In this document: piece by piece, positions 35,301 to 48,607 of the stretch
Position numbering within the stretch: position 1 is the first letter of the stretch
How the letters are laid out: each line of letters begins with the position of its first letter
Assembly: GCA_002104905.1 (NCBI GenBank)
Contig: MCFE01000113.1
Span: forward strand, 102,295-166,294
DNA from: Basidiobolus meristosporus CBS 931.73
Taxonomy: Eukaryota; Fungi; Basidiobolomycota
Reading direction: 5' to 3'
DNA: 64,000 nucleotides
Program-made: the position numbers and the translations under genes
Notes under the pieces: generated by a model
Databases searched by the model: none
Seen by the model: the letters and a program-made list of their open reading frames with translations, nothing else
What the model was told of the DNA's origin: nothing

Positions 35301-35965
35301 TCATTGCTTGTTCTTCTTGAGGTAGTTCTGGCATTTCTTTCGTAGTTGGGACGCGGTCTGTTGGTTGATATTAAGCTTACGGTCACGGAACATGGCTGAG
35401 TAGTCATCGCCGTGCTTCTCGATCAGTTCTTTGACCCAACGTATCTCGCCTTCCGACTGATGGCGCTCAACCTTCACCGCATTAGCTGCCTGCTCCTCCA
35501 GAGCTGAGTGAAGGGGTTAGTCTTTGAAAAGAAGGGTGGAGGAAAAAGTCGCTTACCTCTGACAACATCGGTTTTGGCGGGGACGCTTGGTAGTTCTTCG
35601 TCAGAGTCGAATTCATTGGGATCCTTACCCACAATGATATTGATCACGTTGCCTTCTTCGTCCCTCTCGATCAAACCTTGTCCTGGGCCTAAGTGACGGC
35701 TAATTTCTTCGGGTGAGAGTTTATCTAAATCCACTTCGGGCTCTTCCTCCTCCTCTCCGTTGTGTTCCAAACCACCAGTGGCCTTATTTAAAGTAGTCAT
35801 CAAACCCAAACGTTGATAGTTCTGGCGTAAAGTTGCCTTACGATCCCAGTTGTCGGAAATGATTTTATTATTCACTAGGGGTGCACGTTTAAAGTGCTTG
35901 TTCTGGGTTTTACGGGTTAGTTTTCTTCCGCTAGCCTGGGTCTTTCTCTTGCGTGGGCGGGCCAT
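35301..35965 (-). CDS. NOP16: Nucleolar ribosome biogenesis protein Nop16 (one intron)
   Basis: NWDRKATLRQNYQRLGL; spliced C-terminus LIEKHGDDYSAMFRDRKLNINQQTASQLRKK. Confidence 0.9.
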
Positions 35966-36234
35966 TGTGTCTACGAACTGTACAGTGTGGAAAAAAAGGA
36001 ATCCCCAAGTCTTTACTGATATCGTGGAAGGGACGGGATTTTTTTCTTTTCTTCTCGATCTCCCATCCTCCACACCATCAATCGAGGAGAAAGAAAAAAA
36101 AGCATGGTTTGTGGTGGAAAAAAAATCACATCCGACCGTCACAAATCGCTCAGATTCATGCTTATCTTATGCAGGTTTTGGGTTAATGATCATTTATATT
36201 TCCTACCAGTCAGAGTCATGTTTGCTACACTGTG

Positions 36235-37466
36235 ATGAATCCCAGCCCTTTAGCGACCAAACCGCTCTACCGTAAACGACCACGCCCAGAAAGCACTGGG
36301 AGGCATCCACTATCTAGTGCAGCCTCTCTGCTGTCCAATAAAACCACTGGTGAGTATAGACTCCCTAGATACGATTTCCAAGCTAACCCCCGCTTCTAGA
36401 AGCTCGTGAAAACACAGTGAAGTCAGCGATATTTTCATAACAATTTGCAAGCAACATAAGGGTGTTGTTACTAAATGTCGCGTGAGGGTTCCTTTTTGGC
36501 AGGGATTTGAGATGGGTCCTGCAGGATGAGCTAACCGAGGAAGCGCAGCTATTGAAAGAACTTCATCAAAAAGTCACCGATCAACTGTCGCGCCTACAGG
36601 TACGGAGAGGAACTGGCTGCGCCCCTTCCTAACACATAGTTAAACTTTTGGTCTGGCACATAGGTGGAAGAAGCAGTGTTGACCATGATGCTCAAGGACC
36701 CTGAGCTGCCACAAGAGACAATCCAGGTAATACTTTCAAGTCATTTGGCTACGATGTAAGGCTGACGTTTTTTCTCGAAGCTCTCGGGCGAGGATGGTTC
36801 CACACAAGATCCACTTGATAGCACACTGATGGAAACCAATCATCCAGCCGAAATGTTCCTAGATGGTCACCAGAGCTCGAAAGCAGGCCAACACCCCGCC
36901 ATCGAACACATCTTTGATCACCCAAGCGCTTCGGAGGGGATTGAATACATGGACGTGCTGGATAACGGGGATCAAAGCAAAGTAGACTCACTCCTCGAAA
37001 GCGGCCAACTCACATCCATGATCGAGAACCAAGGCCACCTTAATCTGGATACCGAGGGACTCTTTGATGAGCTGCACGAAAGCCAACACGCCATGATGGA
37101 TGACATCTTCGACGCTGAGCAAACCGAGGATATCCTTAGGAAGGTGAGGTTCGATATGGAGCTTGGCAACACGGACCAAGGCCAAGCATTTGTTGAGATA
37201 GAGGAAGCTATTCGGTCAATTCCCGGAACCCCTGGGCTCCACTACGATGAGTCAACGCTGCCGATGGCTGAGCATATACTGGGCGAGTCCGAAGGTAAGT
37301 CCATCATGCTGTATGAGCTCGCTATCTTCTGTTAACATTGGCTTTAGAAATTGGCGACGAGGAGGATGACGATGACGATGACGAAGATGCAGAGGAAGAA
37401 GAAGATGATGAAACTGCTCGACAAGCTCTAAGCCTGATGCTGGCCAAATATGGCGACCTCTCTTAG
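36235..37466 (+). CDS. SNAPc subunit 5 (SNAP19)-like protein with long acidic C-terminus, multi-exon
   Basis: Spliced model gives LQDELTEEAQLLKELHQKVTDQLSRLQ|VEEAVLTMML, resembling the SNAPC5 motif LQELRKEEETLLRL...DQLNRLKVEELAL. 5' exons inferred from in-frame splice sites. Confidence 0.55.
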
Positions 37467-37643
37467 TTCGTTTGGGCAGCCTTATGTACAGATCAATCCA
37501 AACCTAATAAATAGAAAATTAACCCATCTGGCTGTTCGTAGAAATCAAACCCTCTTCCAGACCCAAGTTGATAAAAAAAAATCATAAACTATGCTTAAAT
37601 ATAGTGATTGTATGAGTATTCATTATCTCGAATCGATGCGCTA

Positions 37644-38769
37644 ATGGAGGAGAACGGATTCACCCTGTTCAAGTACAACACCCGGAAGTCTCGGAATAGA
37701 CGAAGGCAACGCAACGAGCCTCCAAAGGTATCCACCGAGACGGTAGTAGAATACGTCGAAGACAAAATGTAAGTGGTGCAATTGACTTCCGGTTCGGCTT
37801 CACCCCCCTAACTCTCACGAAAAGCGACACTTTGAAGCACAGCGACTTTTACGCCCAACTGAAAGGTATTTCGAGAGCCCGCTTGTGTGCCACGATTCTA
37901 CTTGGCTTAGCCTGATTTCGTAGAGATAATTGTCCCCTCCCAATTGCCTGAGTTCGAGGATATCATTTGTTATGGTGTGGGCTCTTTCGAGCAGTCTCGG
38001 ACCTCCCAATTCCAGCTTGGCTTAATACTGTTGCTTCGAGAATTACTCCAAGTAAGCCCTTCACCCCGTTGATATTGCGTGCGCAGCGTTCTGAACTGGA
38101 TGGTATTAGTTCAAGGGTAAACTGCACAGCTATGACCCGGTGCTAACTGAAATTGACCTCGAAGTACTTCAACATTATGGCATCGAGCTAATTAAAACCA
38201 ATGAGGTAGACACACTGTAATGGGCGCTCACCTTCCAATATTAATGCCAAGCTTTCCGCTAATAGCAAGCAAAGCGAAGCGTGTCCGGGCCAACGCTGTT
38301 CTACATGCCCCACTGTGGAAAGACACTGTACAACAACTTGCTCGCATCAAATTGGTCACGTAAGGCTGTCGCCAATGTGTATCTAATCGGAAATCGCTTG
38401 GAGATGTACCACGAAAAGTAGGTGTTCCATCCGCGCATGTGGCCAGGATGCCAGCGCTAACGAGCTTGACGAAACCCACTAGCGAGCCCACATCGAAGCT
38501 ACGCCGCGAGGTTCCTCACATCGTGGAGATATCCTTTTTAACCGCCAAACAGCAACCGCCCACACCCCATTCTATATCTCCTTAACTCTGTCTCTCACGC
38601 CCTCGACCTGATCAAGTGCTCCCCGTTTCCTGAAGAGTTTGACAACAACACGATTTTCAACGACATCTGCATTCACCAGTTTCTGGCCGAGAAGGTGAAT
38701 GCAGCAGAGGATAGCGTGTTTGAGGTGGAAGTGACCTCCGAGCCCGAGAATGACCCCGAGGTAGTATGA
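37644..38769 (+). CDS. SRR1/Ber1-like protein, multi-exon
   Basis: DIICYGVGSFEQSRTSQFQLGL, YDPVLTEID, PTLFYMPHCGKTLYNNLL..NW, FNDICIHQF. Confidence 0.85.
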
Positions 38770-38858
38770 GATCCAAGATGAGGAGGAATTTATTGTTTTG
38801 TATAGACGCATACATAATAAACCTGTTCTCGTGACCCTTCCGACTACTTGCCAAGCGC

Positions 38859-40109
38859 TCAACGCAGGTCGAAGGAAAACTCTTTGTTGCCAATCCTGCA
38901 CTTGATCTTGTTCACAGGGAACCTCAGCTCCCAGAGCTCGTCTTCGAATTGTCTCAGGCCTAGGCATGTTTGCGAGTCGATCGTTTCGCCACCCACAGCC
39001 CAGGCAATGCTGGTATGGAATCGAGGGGTCTGCATTTGGGTTGTTATTGAAGTCCATCCCTCAGGGAACAGGTCGCTATAAATACCTCGTAAAACTTGGG
39101 TAGACGAAACTCTTGCAAGACTTGATCAACACATCCCGTGTACTCTAAGAGCTAGCCATCCACAGTTAGCAGCCTGCACAATGCTTTTCAAGATTCACGT
39201 ACCTCTTCAGAGCCGGGTCCAACTTCAAGACTGATGAATGATCTTGTTTGCTCGTCATTGGAAAAGTGCACAATCTTGGAAAATCCAAACGTCGCCCTAT
39301 TTTCAATCAACCGATAAGCTCGGAAGGTTCATTGGTATCTAGCAGCCGTGACTAACCTTCTTCTTTCGCCGAAGCTTTCCCTCAGAAGCTTGGTGAATCG
39401 CTCTATGTGAAATACTTTCAGAAAGACCGTTCTCGATAAACTAATATGCAACGGCCCGGTCCCGGAGTTCAGACTCTGGATCTTTGGATTAATGGCCTGT
39501 GCTTTCTCATAGATGCGCTCCGTTACTTCCAAAAACTCCTCACCCAGACCCACTAAAACTTGTTATCACTAGAAGCCCAGGAAAGAAATTGGGATGTTGG
39601 GTACCTTCTACATAAACGTGAGTGGCCCAATTACCGACTACATGGGGCGTGGTACGAATCCGTCCTTGGTGTAATTTCGGGTCGTCCGATTCTCTAACTA
39701 GAGGAGGGAGTAGTTATTATGTGCCAGCACATAACTTCTCTATGCTCAACATGCTTCACACGCACCTTTTTCTTTAAAAAGGTTCAGAAATTCGCTAGGC
39801 AAAGCAGGGAGTTTCTTCTTCCTTTCAATGGATTGGAAAAAATCAACCGGTCAACTTCTAGAACTCACTACTTTTTTCAGGCACAGAACGCCGCCATAAA
39901 AACTTGAGGCTCCATTGATCTCAATAAAAAAGCATTTACCCTTGCTCTGCGTCCTTCTCCTCCTCTCTATCTTTACGCTTTAAACTGTCTTCCACCTCGG
40001 CCAGAGTTTGATCCGAGGTGAAGAGCGCCGGGTGTTTGGGTTCTTCATTGTCAGAACCAGATTCGGCTGAGCTTTCGTACTCCACCAGACTCAACATCTG
40101 ATGTTTCAT
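38859..40109 (-). CDS. USB1: U6 snRNA 3' phosphodiesterase (2H family), multi-exon
   Basis: [10 protein letters not shown]; [25 protein letters not shown]; HxS/T motifs PLHISLSR and FHTSIAW; [10 protein letters not shown]. Confidence 0.92.
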
Positions 40110-40659
40110 TCTTGGGATTTGCGAGTCATTTGATGCCTGCTAGGAGGAATATCACGTGGTATTGCCAAACTCCACCCAAAAAGGTATTCTATACATTGTT
40201 GGAAAAAAAACCGGCTAATGCGTTCCACCCCAGGAATTGTGTAATCTGCACGATACATACTTCTCTTGGTAATGGGACAAGCACGTAATGTGTGTATGAA
40301 ACTTTACTGCTTCTATGGAAGTCGCATTTCACTGCGGTTCCTGTCAAAACTCCCATGGTAAACCCTCTCCAATAAACGATTTCACTTTTCCTGTTACTTG
40401 GGTATTGCTGCCTGCAGAGCGTTGCCCCAGCATCGATCAACTCGATAGACGTGAAACCAACCACTCCCATTTTGGTGACATTCTTCTCTTCTCACCCTGC
40501 AGATATCTGCAGATATCTCAGGTTGTACACTAAAAGCCACCAATATACCAATCGGTGGCATTTCTTAGTAATCATCGAACCTCCATGTATCCACTCACTA
40601 CACCTTGCATTAGGAATAGGGTTCAGTTGACTTTAATTGCAAATAAAGACATCAGCATC

Positions 40660-41822
40660 GAGCATTATGGGAGGATTGGCTTCCTAAATGGATGTTATGC
40701 CAATCGATGTCATGAGTTTTGTTGACATGGGTGACACTGTACTGGCCTATTATATCGATGCTCTGGAGTAACATGCTACGGGCACAACGCCAGGTACTTT
40801 GACATTTGTTAGCGGTGTCGATTTTGACAACTCCGAGAGAATTTGCTCCTAGTTTTTTGAGGAAATCAAGTCACGTTTCCTAGTGGACTGGGTGGTTACG
40901 CCAACTACTGCTGTCAACATATTAGCGTATCTTTGATGCATGAACCAGATCATTGTGCTCACACCCATCAATTTCCCAGCAAGTGCAAGTTGTATGAACA
41001 GGTGACTTTTCAACAAGCACTATGTTCATCCTCTAATTCTAGGTGGCCTGCCCATCTCACCCATGGCGTGGTTCTTACGTTATTTGGTAAGAGGTGGGCC
41101 CAGATGTAGAGTACCCTAGAAAGTACTCACCTTTCCCTTAGTGATGGGATTAATGGTATCTACCATTGCTATTGCCACTGTTTTGACTGTCAACGAGTTC
41201 AAGAAACGCAAGTCTTACTTGTTCGAACAGCATGCTCTACAGCCCTCTGATGAACTCGTCATCGCGTCTTTCTTGATCCTAAATGTAGGCATTCGGGACC
41301 TCAACTTGGTGTTGAGGGTGTGTTGCTCAGTGGCAGCATCGTATCCCTGTCCTTCAACATGTTCAAATACCGTCTGGAACTTCGGGAGCATGCATTTGAA
41401 ATGATATCCACCATCAGCGTTGTCTCGCTGTTCCTCTATCCATTGGTCGCGGGTGCTATCCAGATCCCCTTGAGGATCGCACTTCCTCTTGCTGTCAGAG
41501 GTGTCACCGCACAACTGGCTCTTAACATCGAGACCGTACTAGGCGGAGATTTGAATACCACCGCTTTCACGGTCAGTGTTACGGGGATTCTTAGTGCGGT
41601 GGGTGGCCAATGGTTTGTCCAGAAGCTGCAATTCAGCAAAGATAACTATATCATCATCGGTGTGACACTCGGTTGTTACGCTAATGCGCTGTGGTATTGC
41701 TGCAAACGGACCTAAAGGCAGCTGCCGTAGCCTCACTGAGTTTCGTTCTCTTTAGAATGATCCCTATCATCTCGGTGGCAAATCCGCCCATCACCAACAC
41801 CATCCACGGATTCGCCATGTGA
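40660..41822 (+). pseudogene. LrgB-like membrane protein pseudogene
   Basis: SIVSLSFNMFKYRLELREH, LAVRGVTAQLAL..LGG, VTGILSAV, GVTLG..ANA match the LrgB pattern. Frameshift before LLQTDLKAAAVASLSFVL; stops in the 5' part. Confidence 0.65.
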
Positions 41823-42011
41823 TCTGAGAAGCTTCGTTGTGCAATCCCTCATGTAAATATCAAGTGTATGTTCAATAAAGTTCATCGTGATGATGGTCGC
41901 GTTCATATTTTGCTGGGCAAATCAAATTGAATGAAGAAATTAGGATCCTGATCCAGCTTGGATTTATACCATCGGCACCAAGACATTCCCTGTTTTGCGT
42001 GAACTCTCACC

Positions 42012-44097
42012 ATGAGTAATATATACATTCAGGAGCCACATACAAAGTACGTCCTGGCAAGAATGCCAAGCTACCCTGCGAATCGTCGCACTAACCCTTA
42101 ACTTTGCCACCCTTAGTGGAAAGGTGATTCTAGAAACCAGCTCAGGTGATATCGAGATCGAGCTTTGGTCCAAAGAAGCCCCCAAGGCCTGTAGAAACTT
42201 TATCCAACTATGCTTGGAAGGATATTACGTTGGCACCATATTTCACAGAGTAGTGCCAAACTTCATAGTCCAGGGTGGTGATCCTACGGGCACGGGCACA
42301 GGTAAGCCCTTCCCTACCGGCTGCTGTATCCCTTCCAATTCAATTCAAATTGTTTACATTCATAAGGAGGTGAATCCATCTACAATGAACCGTTTGCCGA
42401 TGAGTTCCACTCGCGTTTGCGTTTCATCCGACGTGGTCTAGTCGCCATGGCCAATTCCGGTGTCAACCAGAACGGCAGTCAATTTTTCTTTACGTTAGAT
42501 CGCACGGATGAGCTGCAAAATAGACATACAATTTTCGGAAAAGTACGTGTTTCGAGCCTTTACCACAACACTAGCCGCCTTGCTAACGCCAAGCTTTAGG
42601 TTGTTGGTGACACCATCTTTAACGTGCTGAAGATCGGTGAGGGTGAAACTGATGAGGAGGAGCGCCCCCTGTACCCGACAACGATCAAGGCTACTAGAGT
42701 ACTATCAAACCCATTTGATGATATCATACCAAGAATCACAATCGAGGAAAAACTGGCTATGGAGGCAGCAAAGGTAGCTCAGGCAAAAGCAACCTCGAAG
42801 AAAAAGGCGAAAAAGTAATGGAAATCTCTGACCACTCGATGATGCCATCCGAGCTCAACCCTCCAACACTGACTAATTAATACCCGTCTCATACCTAGGA
42901 ACTTGGCCTTACTCTCGTTCGGCGACGAAGCGGAGGAATTGGAAAACACCCCAGTCATGAAAATCCAAAGTAGCCACGACGTCCTTGATGATCCACGACT
43001 TAGTAAAGATCTCTCGGTCAAAGATCTTGAGGAGCAGCCTGATCAGAAAGTAGCGTTTGTTACCAGCAATACACCATTTCCGATCCCCCTCTAACCACAA
43101 CCTTTCGCGAAGCGCAAGAATCTGGAGGAAACAAAAGAAAATGTACGTCACCTTGAAGAGAACACTCAAAGCTCGGGCGTGAAGAGCAAAGAGGAGGAGC
43201 AGGTCTCAGCCCAGGATTTTGAGCGAATCATGCGGGAGCAAGCAAAGCGGAGACATAAGGGTGGCTCAAGCTCCGATGACGAGGATGAAGACGAGGATGA
43301 TGAACCTCAGAAGAAGCAAGTTAAACCGAGGTATGTCCACAGATGTAGGCGCTGGCGTTGCTGAGGTGAAATACTCACGACTCCTCGCTTAGTGCAACTC
43401 AAAGTGCTATAGAAAAACTCCGAAACGATATCCGGAAAATCGACCAATCTAGAGACAAAATCAAGGGCCAGGCTGAACAAGCGGAGAAAAAGAAAAAGGT
43501 TTCCCTGTTGGAATTGGAAAGACAGAAGTACACGAAGAATGGAAAAGCAATAGTTGGCAAGAAAGGCCGCAAGGGGATGTCCGAGGAGGAGGTGAGTTTT
43601 TTGGTATTTACTGTGTCAGCATTCCGCATCTTAAACAATCTCGGTAGACGCTGGCCAAACTCTCAGCATTCACCAACAAACTATGGAGCACACCGGTAGA
43701 GGAGGCGAAGTCAAAAGAGGAATTGGAGAAGGAGCTGGAAAGTCACCTCTGCACCCTGCATTCGGTGCCTCACTGCCTTTCTTGCAACGACACGTTCGGG
43801 CAGAAGGAAGTGGAGACTGATGAGGGTTGGTTAGGACATCAACTAGTTTTCACGAAGGATCACAAAGGAAAGGATTTGATGCAGCGTAAGGATGACATCA
43901 ATGATTATGTTGTTATAGACCCTCGAGTTAGAAAAGAACAAGCTATGGAGGAAGACAAAAGAAAGAGAGAGCAGAAAAAAGGTATCTCGAAAGTGTTTCG
44001 CTCGGATTCGCGGAGACGTGATGACCGGGAAAGCGATAGGTATCGTTCCCGTGATGACAGAGATCGACGGGACCGGGACTGGGAGCGTCGAAGATGA
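42012..44097 (+). CDS. CWC27: Spliceosome-associated cyclophilin CWC27, multi-exon
   Basis: [49 protein letters not shown]; [11 protein letters not shown]; GWLGHQLVF; DDYVVIDPR; RD-rich tail. Confidence 0.95.
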
Positions 44098-44268
44098 TTT
44101 CCTTTGAAGCCCGGTATTGGAACAATAAACGGCTCCTAACATTGACCAATTCGTCGATATATTATTCAAGCCATGGCCTTATACAACTATGAAGCTTTAT
44201 TTGTCTGGCACTCGCTTTTCGTTAGTATCGTTGATTTGTAAGATAGATCATAGAGATTGGCATAGGCA

Positions 44269-45273
44269 TCAGACTCCGATGACTAGCGAGTAATCCGGAG
44301 GGATGCTCTGGCGATTGCGGTAATTAGGTGGCGCGTCACTTTGGATCGCATGATAGTCAGGCAAAGCATCGATGGGCACGATGGTGGGATTGTTGCTGAT
44401 GTTCCGCACAATGCAAACGGGCAGCGCTGCGCGAATGGATTTGACTACCCCCTCCAAGCGGACCTCGATTCGGGTCGAGATGTAATGGGTGACTTCAACA
44501 TAGGCAGTGGTACAGTTGTAATGAACGTTTTTGGCGGATTTAGGGATTTCTAGCAGCAGAGAGGTTGTGGTCGGATCTTGTGAAACATCGGCGTGTTTGG
44601 CTTTTAGCCACTTGGTTGCGGCGCTTACGCTTTCGGTCGAATTTCCTTCCGAAATCCTATACGTCGTTCGTTCATCTAGACCCGCCCAGACACTGATGGG
44701 GATGCAGTCGCTGTTCTGTGCGCGATGTTTGAACGTAATTGGGATACTATCGCCTGGAACATATTCATGACTAGGGATAATCACTTCGTAGGCAAGAGCA
44801 TCCTTCCAACTATTTTCAATGCGTGTGTTGTAGAGCATCATCGCAAAGCTGTCGGTATTCTGGCGAATGTACACCACCTTATCTGCTCTTATGTTTGACC
44901 CGAAGAACGGTGTTTCTACCATCGCCCTAAGACTGTACTGGATGGTGGCATAATCAGCATCTACCGACTCGGGAAGGTCGTAGGGCAACGGTAATTCAAA
45001 CTCATAGGCGTACTCTTTGGCGTCAAATAGCGCCGACTTGTAGTTCTGCTGAAGAAAATCCCACCTGTGATTGAAAACGACCTTTCGAGTACTTTGGAAC
45101 CCCTTGTTTATCGATAGCTTTCCCCTGAAAGCTAGGCTGATGCACTGCACCTTAATCGGAGAGGACGGCACAAAGATAAGCTTCCCTCTTAGAGCGAAGT
45201 TTGGGTCGTCTTCGTCAAGGATGTTCTTGGTGAAAGTGTCTTTTTCAAGCTTGATCAATAGCTTTGGACTCAT
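44269..45273 (-). CDS. Alpha-arrestin (arrestin-N/C) protein with PPxY motifs, intronless
   Basis: LRGKL, YEFELPLPYDLPESV, IQYSLRA, VTHYI; LPDY, PPNY, PPDY in the tail. Confidence 0.88.
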   Translation of the reverse strand: MSPKLLIKLEKDTFTKNILDEDDPNFALRGKLIFVPSSPIKVQCISLAFRGKLSINKGFQSTRKVVFNHRWDFLQQNYKSALFDAKEYAYEFELPLPYDLPESVDADYATIQYSLRAMVETPFFGSNIRADKVVYIRQNTDSFAMMLYNTRIENSWKDALAYEVIIPSHEYVPGDSIPITFKHRAQNSDCIPISVWAGLDERTTYRISEGNSTESVSAATKWLKAKHADVSQDPTTTSLLLEIPKSAKNVHYNCTTAYVEVTHYISTRIEVRLEGVVKSIRAALPVCIVRNISNNPTIVPIDALPDYHAIQSDAPPNYRNRQSIPPDYSLVIGV

Positions 45274-45761
45274 GATTAGAAAAGAACCTTGGCTGAGTCG
45301 TCAATAGTGTAGTTGGGGAAGGTGAGAAGGGAAAATTTCCCGTGGTATTTATTAAAATATTCAAGGTTTAGTCACTCCCCTTGCGCTCTGAAGTAAACTC
45401 CGACCTAGATATGTGTCGGTACCATTTCTGGCTGGGTGGTTGTAATAGCCAGTGATATCGAAGGGGATCAAATACTATTTGACAAACTTTGCATGTGACA
45501 CGAGAGACCATCTTCAATCGGCTCAAAGCCCTGACTAGCCATTTATGTCTCTCAAGATCCGCAGATGATTTTGAAGTGACAGCAGTCGATATTAATACCG
45601 CCACATAGGATCGCTGACAAATATCGATCGGCTGAGGGGCGGATGATTGGCTCTTCAGTTTAAATTCTTCACCGGTACGAAATGTTGGGCATGGATATTT
45701 TATTTACTTTACAGTCTATATGTTGATGCTAAATAGCTTTATACAAGAAATATCTAATAAC

Positions 45762-46802
45762 TTAAGCTCCCAGAGCAATGGTAGTAGATTCAGCGGGATA
45801 CACGGTAGGTAGCATAAGGGCCCCGGCGATGTCACCAAGGTTCATATAAACTGGTGGGGAATCGAGCTGCACCAATTCATAGCTAGGCAGTTGCTCAAAC
45901 TCGGGAATATCTATGCTCTCAAAGGAATCCTTGCGTGAAATGCGGACCGGCAGTACATTGAGAATGGTGTAGAGATCGCCATCCATTTCGACCTCGATTC
46001 TTGTGGTGAGACGGTGGGTAATCTCGACGTATTCTGTGCTGGCATCGTAGTGTACATTCTTTGTTGAGGCGGGAATGGCCAGCTTAATCGAGCTATCGAT
46101 GGAAGACTCAACCACTGAACACTCGCAACTTTTGAGCCACCTCTTTACCATGCCGTCTTCCTTGGCCCTGCGGTTGTCAGTGCTGTTGTATCTTGTAGTC
46201 TCGCTTAAGCCAGCGCGAACTGTGACGATCTTGCACTTCTCACTCTTATTCACGTGTTTGAAAGAGATATCAATATTCCCTCCAGGAACAAACTCGTGGG
46301 TAGGGATAGACACTTCGTAATTGATCATATCATTCCAGGTGCCCTGGGCAAGAGTATTGTAAGACAATGAATCAAATGGACTGCTGGCTTGTTGAATATG
46401 GACGACTTTGTCAGCTCTCAGGTTGGAAGAGAATAGTGGGGTTTCAACCATGCCCTTTAGGGAATACTCAATCTTTGCGTAATCAGCCTCCAAAGATTCA
46501 GGCAGATCCGAAGGCATGGGAAGCTCAAAGTCGTACGTGTAAGGCTTGGCTTCGAAGATTGTGCTGGATTTGCAATCCCGGAAGAAGTCCCATTGATGCT
46601 CAAAGAATGTTTTGCGAGTAGACTGGAAGCCTCGGGTGACCACCAGCTTGCCACGGAAACGAAGGGAAATCTGATTCACCTTCATGGGAGAAGATGGAGT
46701 GAAGACGACCTTTCCCTTGAGAACAAACAAGGTGTTTTCATCGTCGAACACGGTTTTGCGGAAGGTATCCTTCTCCAATTCAATCAATAATTTCGGAGAC
46801 AT
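45762..46802 (-). CDS. Alpha-arrestin protein, tandem paralogue, intronless
   Basis: Same start MSPKLLI; YDFELPMPSDLPESL, IEYSLKG, ITHRL; LPSY, PPVY. Confidence 0.88.
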   Translation of the reverse strand: MSPKLLIELEKDTFRKTVFDDENTLFVLKGKVVFTPSSPMKVNQISLRFRGKLVVTRGFQSTRKTFFEHQWDFFRDCKSSTIFEAKPYTYDFELPMPSDLPESLEADYAKIEYSLKGMVETPLFSSNLRADKVVHIQQASSPFDSLSYNTLAQGTWNDMINYEVSIPTHEFVPGGNIDISFKHVNKSEKCKIVTVRAGLSETTRYNSTDNRRAKEDGMVKRWLKSCECSVVESSIDSSIKLAIPASTKNVHYDASTEYVEITHRLTTRIEVEMDGDLYTILNVLPVRISRKDSFESIDIPEFEQLPSYELVQLDSPPVYMNLGDIAGALMLPTVYPAESTTIALGA

Positions 46803-48607
46803 TTGGTCTATGTGTAGGGAGTCTATTTAAAAAATGAAGTGTGGTTTATCACTGTTCCTGACAATGAGATGGAAATTTGACGGGGTGGTGGTACTGAGGA
46901 TAATTGAGGAACTTTTATAGTCTTGCAGAAGACCGCACAACCTACATTTGATCGTAAGATAATCCATTGACCTAAATTGTCGATTGCTTAATTATCAACT
47001 TTGATCAGGCAATGGAAATTCGATTAGATAGTGAATCATCGTGCTGAGGGGACCTGGAAAGGGTCGGGATATCCGAACTTTGCCTGCCCCATACCCTGCT
47101 CATGCGATACTATCAAGCTATACCAGTCCGTACAAATACGACGATATGAAGCTACACCCTTTGACGATATTATCTACTATTATCCATTCTGGATTCCGGT
47201 TTAGCGGACTCCAGCATTGTGCTCCGAACACCCGCAACACGCTGAACGTCAGGATTGCGTAAATGCTCCCTAATCATACGTATCAGTCTGGGTTGATTTT
47301 GCTTGCCATTTTAACATTGGCAGCTTAAATTGGATGCTACACTGTGTGATTACTAAACGGGAACCCCGATAGCAAGAATTCCAATACTGGATGTCAACAA
47401 TAGTCCCCTTTACTTATCGACTCCTATCTAGGGTGAGACATGTCATCGGATAAATCACATCATTAACCCGATTTATTAGAGACTCTATTAGGAGATCAGA
47501 TTCATTCTGGCCAATATGGTACTGCAACTGTGACATTCATTACACAAAGTGTTTGGCTTTTTTATATTTCTCCAACTTTTGGGTTGACTTTGATATTTTT
47601 GGCGGCCCTGTCAAGAGATTTTGCCATTCTCGGATCAATCATTAACTGACTACTATTTCTGAGCTTCCGTATATGGACATCCTCGGTATAACGCCAATGC
47701 CTTGTTTATTTGTCGGCGATGCCCATATCTGGAAACTCAGTTGCAATATTAGGAGCAGCGCACTTGTAGAATCTAAAGATCAGATGGTCCATGACTTTGC
47801 AAGTGTGACCCAGAGCTTAGAGGTCAGGTTATCCATCGTATCTCTCTATTTAATACACCAAACCGATATAGATAATTTCAATGACAAAAAATATTTCTGA
47901 TAGCGAGCATCTCCCGTGATCGATACAGAGAATCTAATCAGCCCACTTTGGACACAGTCCCAATGCGTGTATCTCCACGTATACTATGGCGGGTGTCGAC
48001 CCTTACCAGAGACCCGTATCTACCAGCTCCGCAGTGTGGGGCTATCGATGGGTGTGCATTGTAATCGTGCACTAATCAGTATTTAGAAAGAGTTTTGTTC
48101 AGACTCGAATGATAGCGCTTCATTTAAAGTAATAATTATTAATCCAGCCTATTCTATTTATGTGTTTGGCTCTAATCTTCCATTAAGGGTCCTCACTGCT
48201 AGACTTGTGTATACAATATCAATGTGATCTTGCAACAATACGAGGTAAGCCAACGACATGTTAATAATACGAGGTTCCTTATCGGATCTAATGTCCCTTT
48301 CCGTCACAGACCTTGCCACTATATCTGGGTGCAAACTAACCATGCGAGTCTGAGTAATAGTAATATACAGTTTGGGAGGTTGACACCGAGGTGAATGTCT
48401 ACACATTGTCTCGCCTAATCAGAAGTAATTCTTTCATTAAAGTTCTATTTTCCTGATATACATGCATTTTTCATCGTTCTTCCATTTGTAAGGCAGAATT
48501 CTGCAGGTGCAGGTCCGATAATTCGTGGAAGTTGAATAAATTGAGCCTTCTATGTTTTGCATTTTCTGTAACAACGATAATTCCACCTTGTTTGTCATTA
48601 TTCATTA

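Noticed and set aside
21001-46800. Many antisense or alternative-frame ORFs overlapping real genes (e.g. 23999-24580, 22864-23196, 43843-44169)
   Set aside because: Shadows of GC-rich coding strands with no recognisable motifs.
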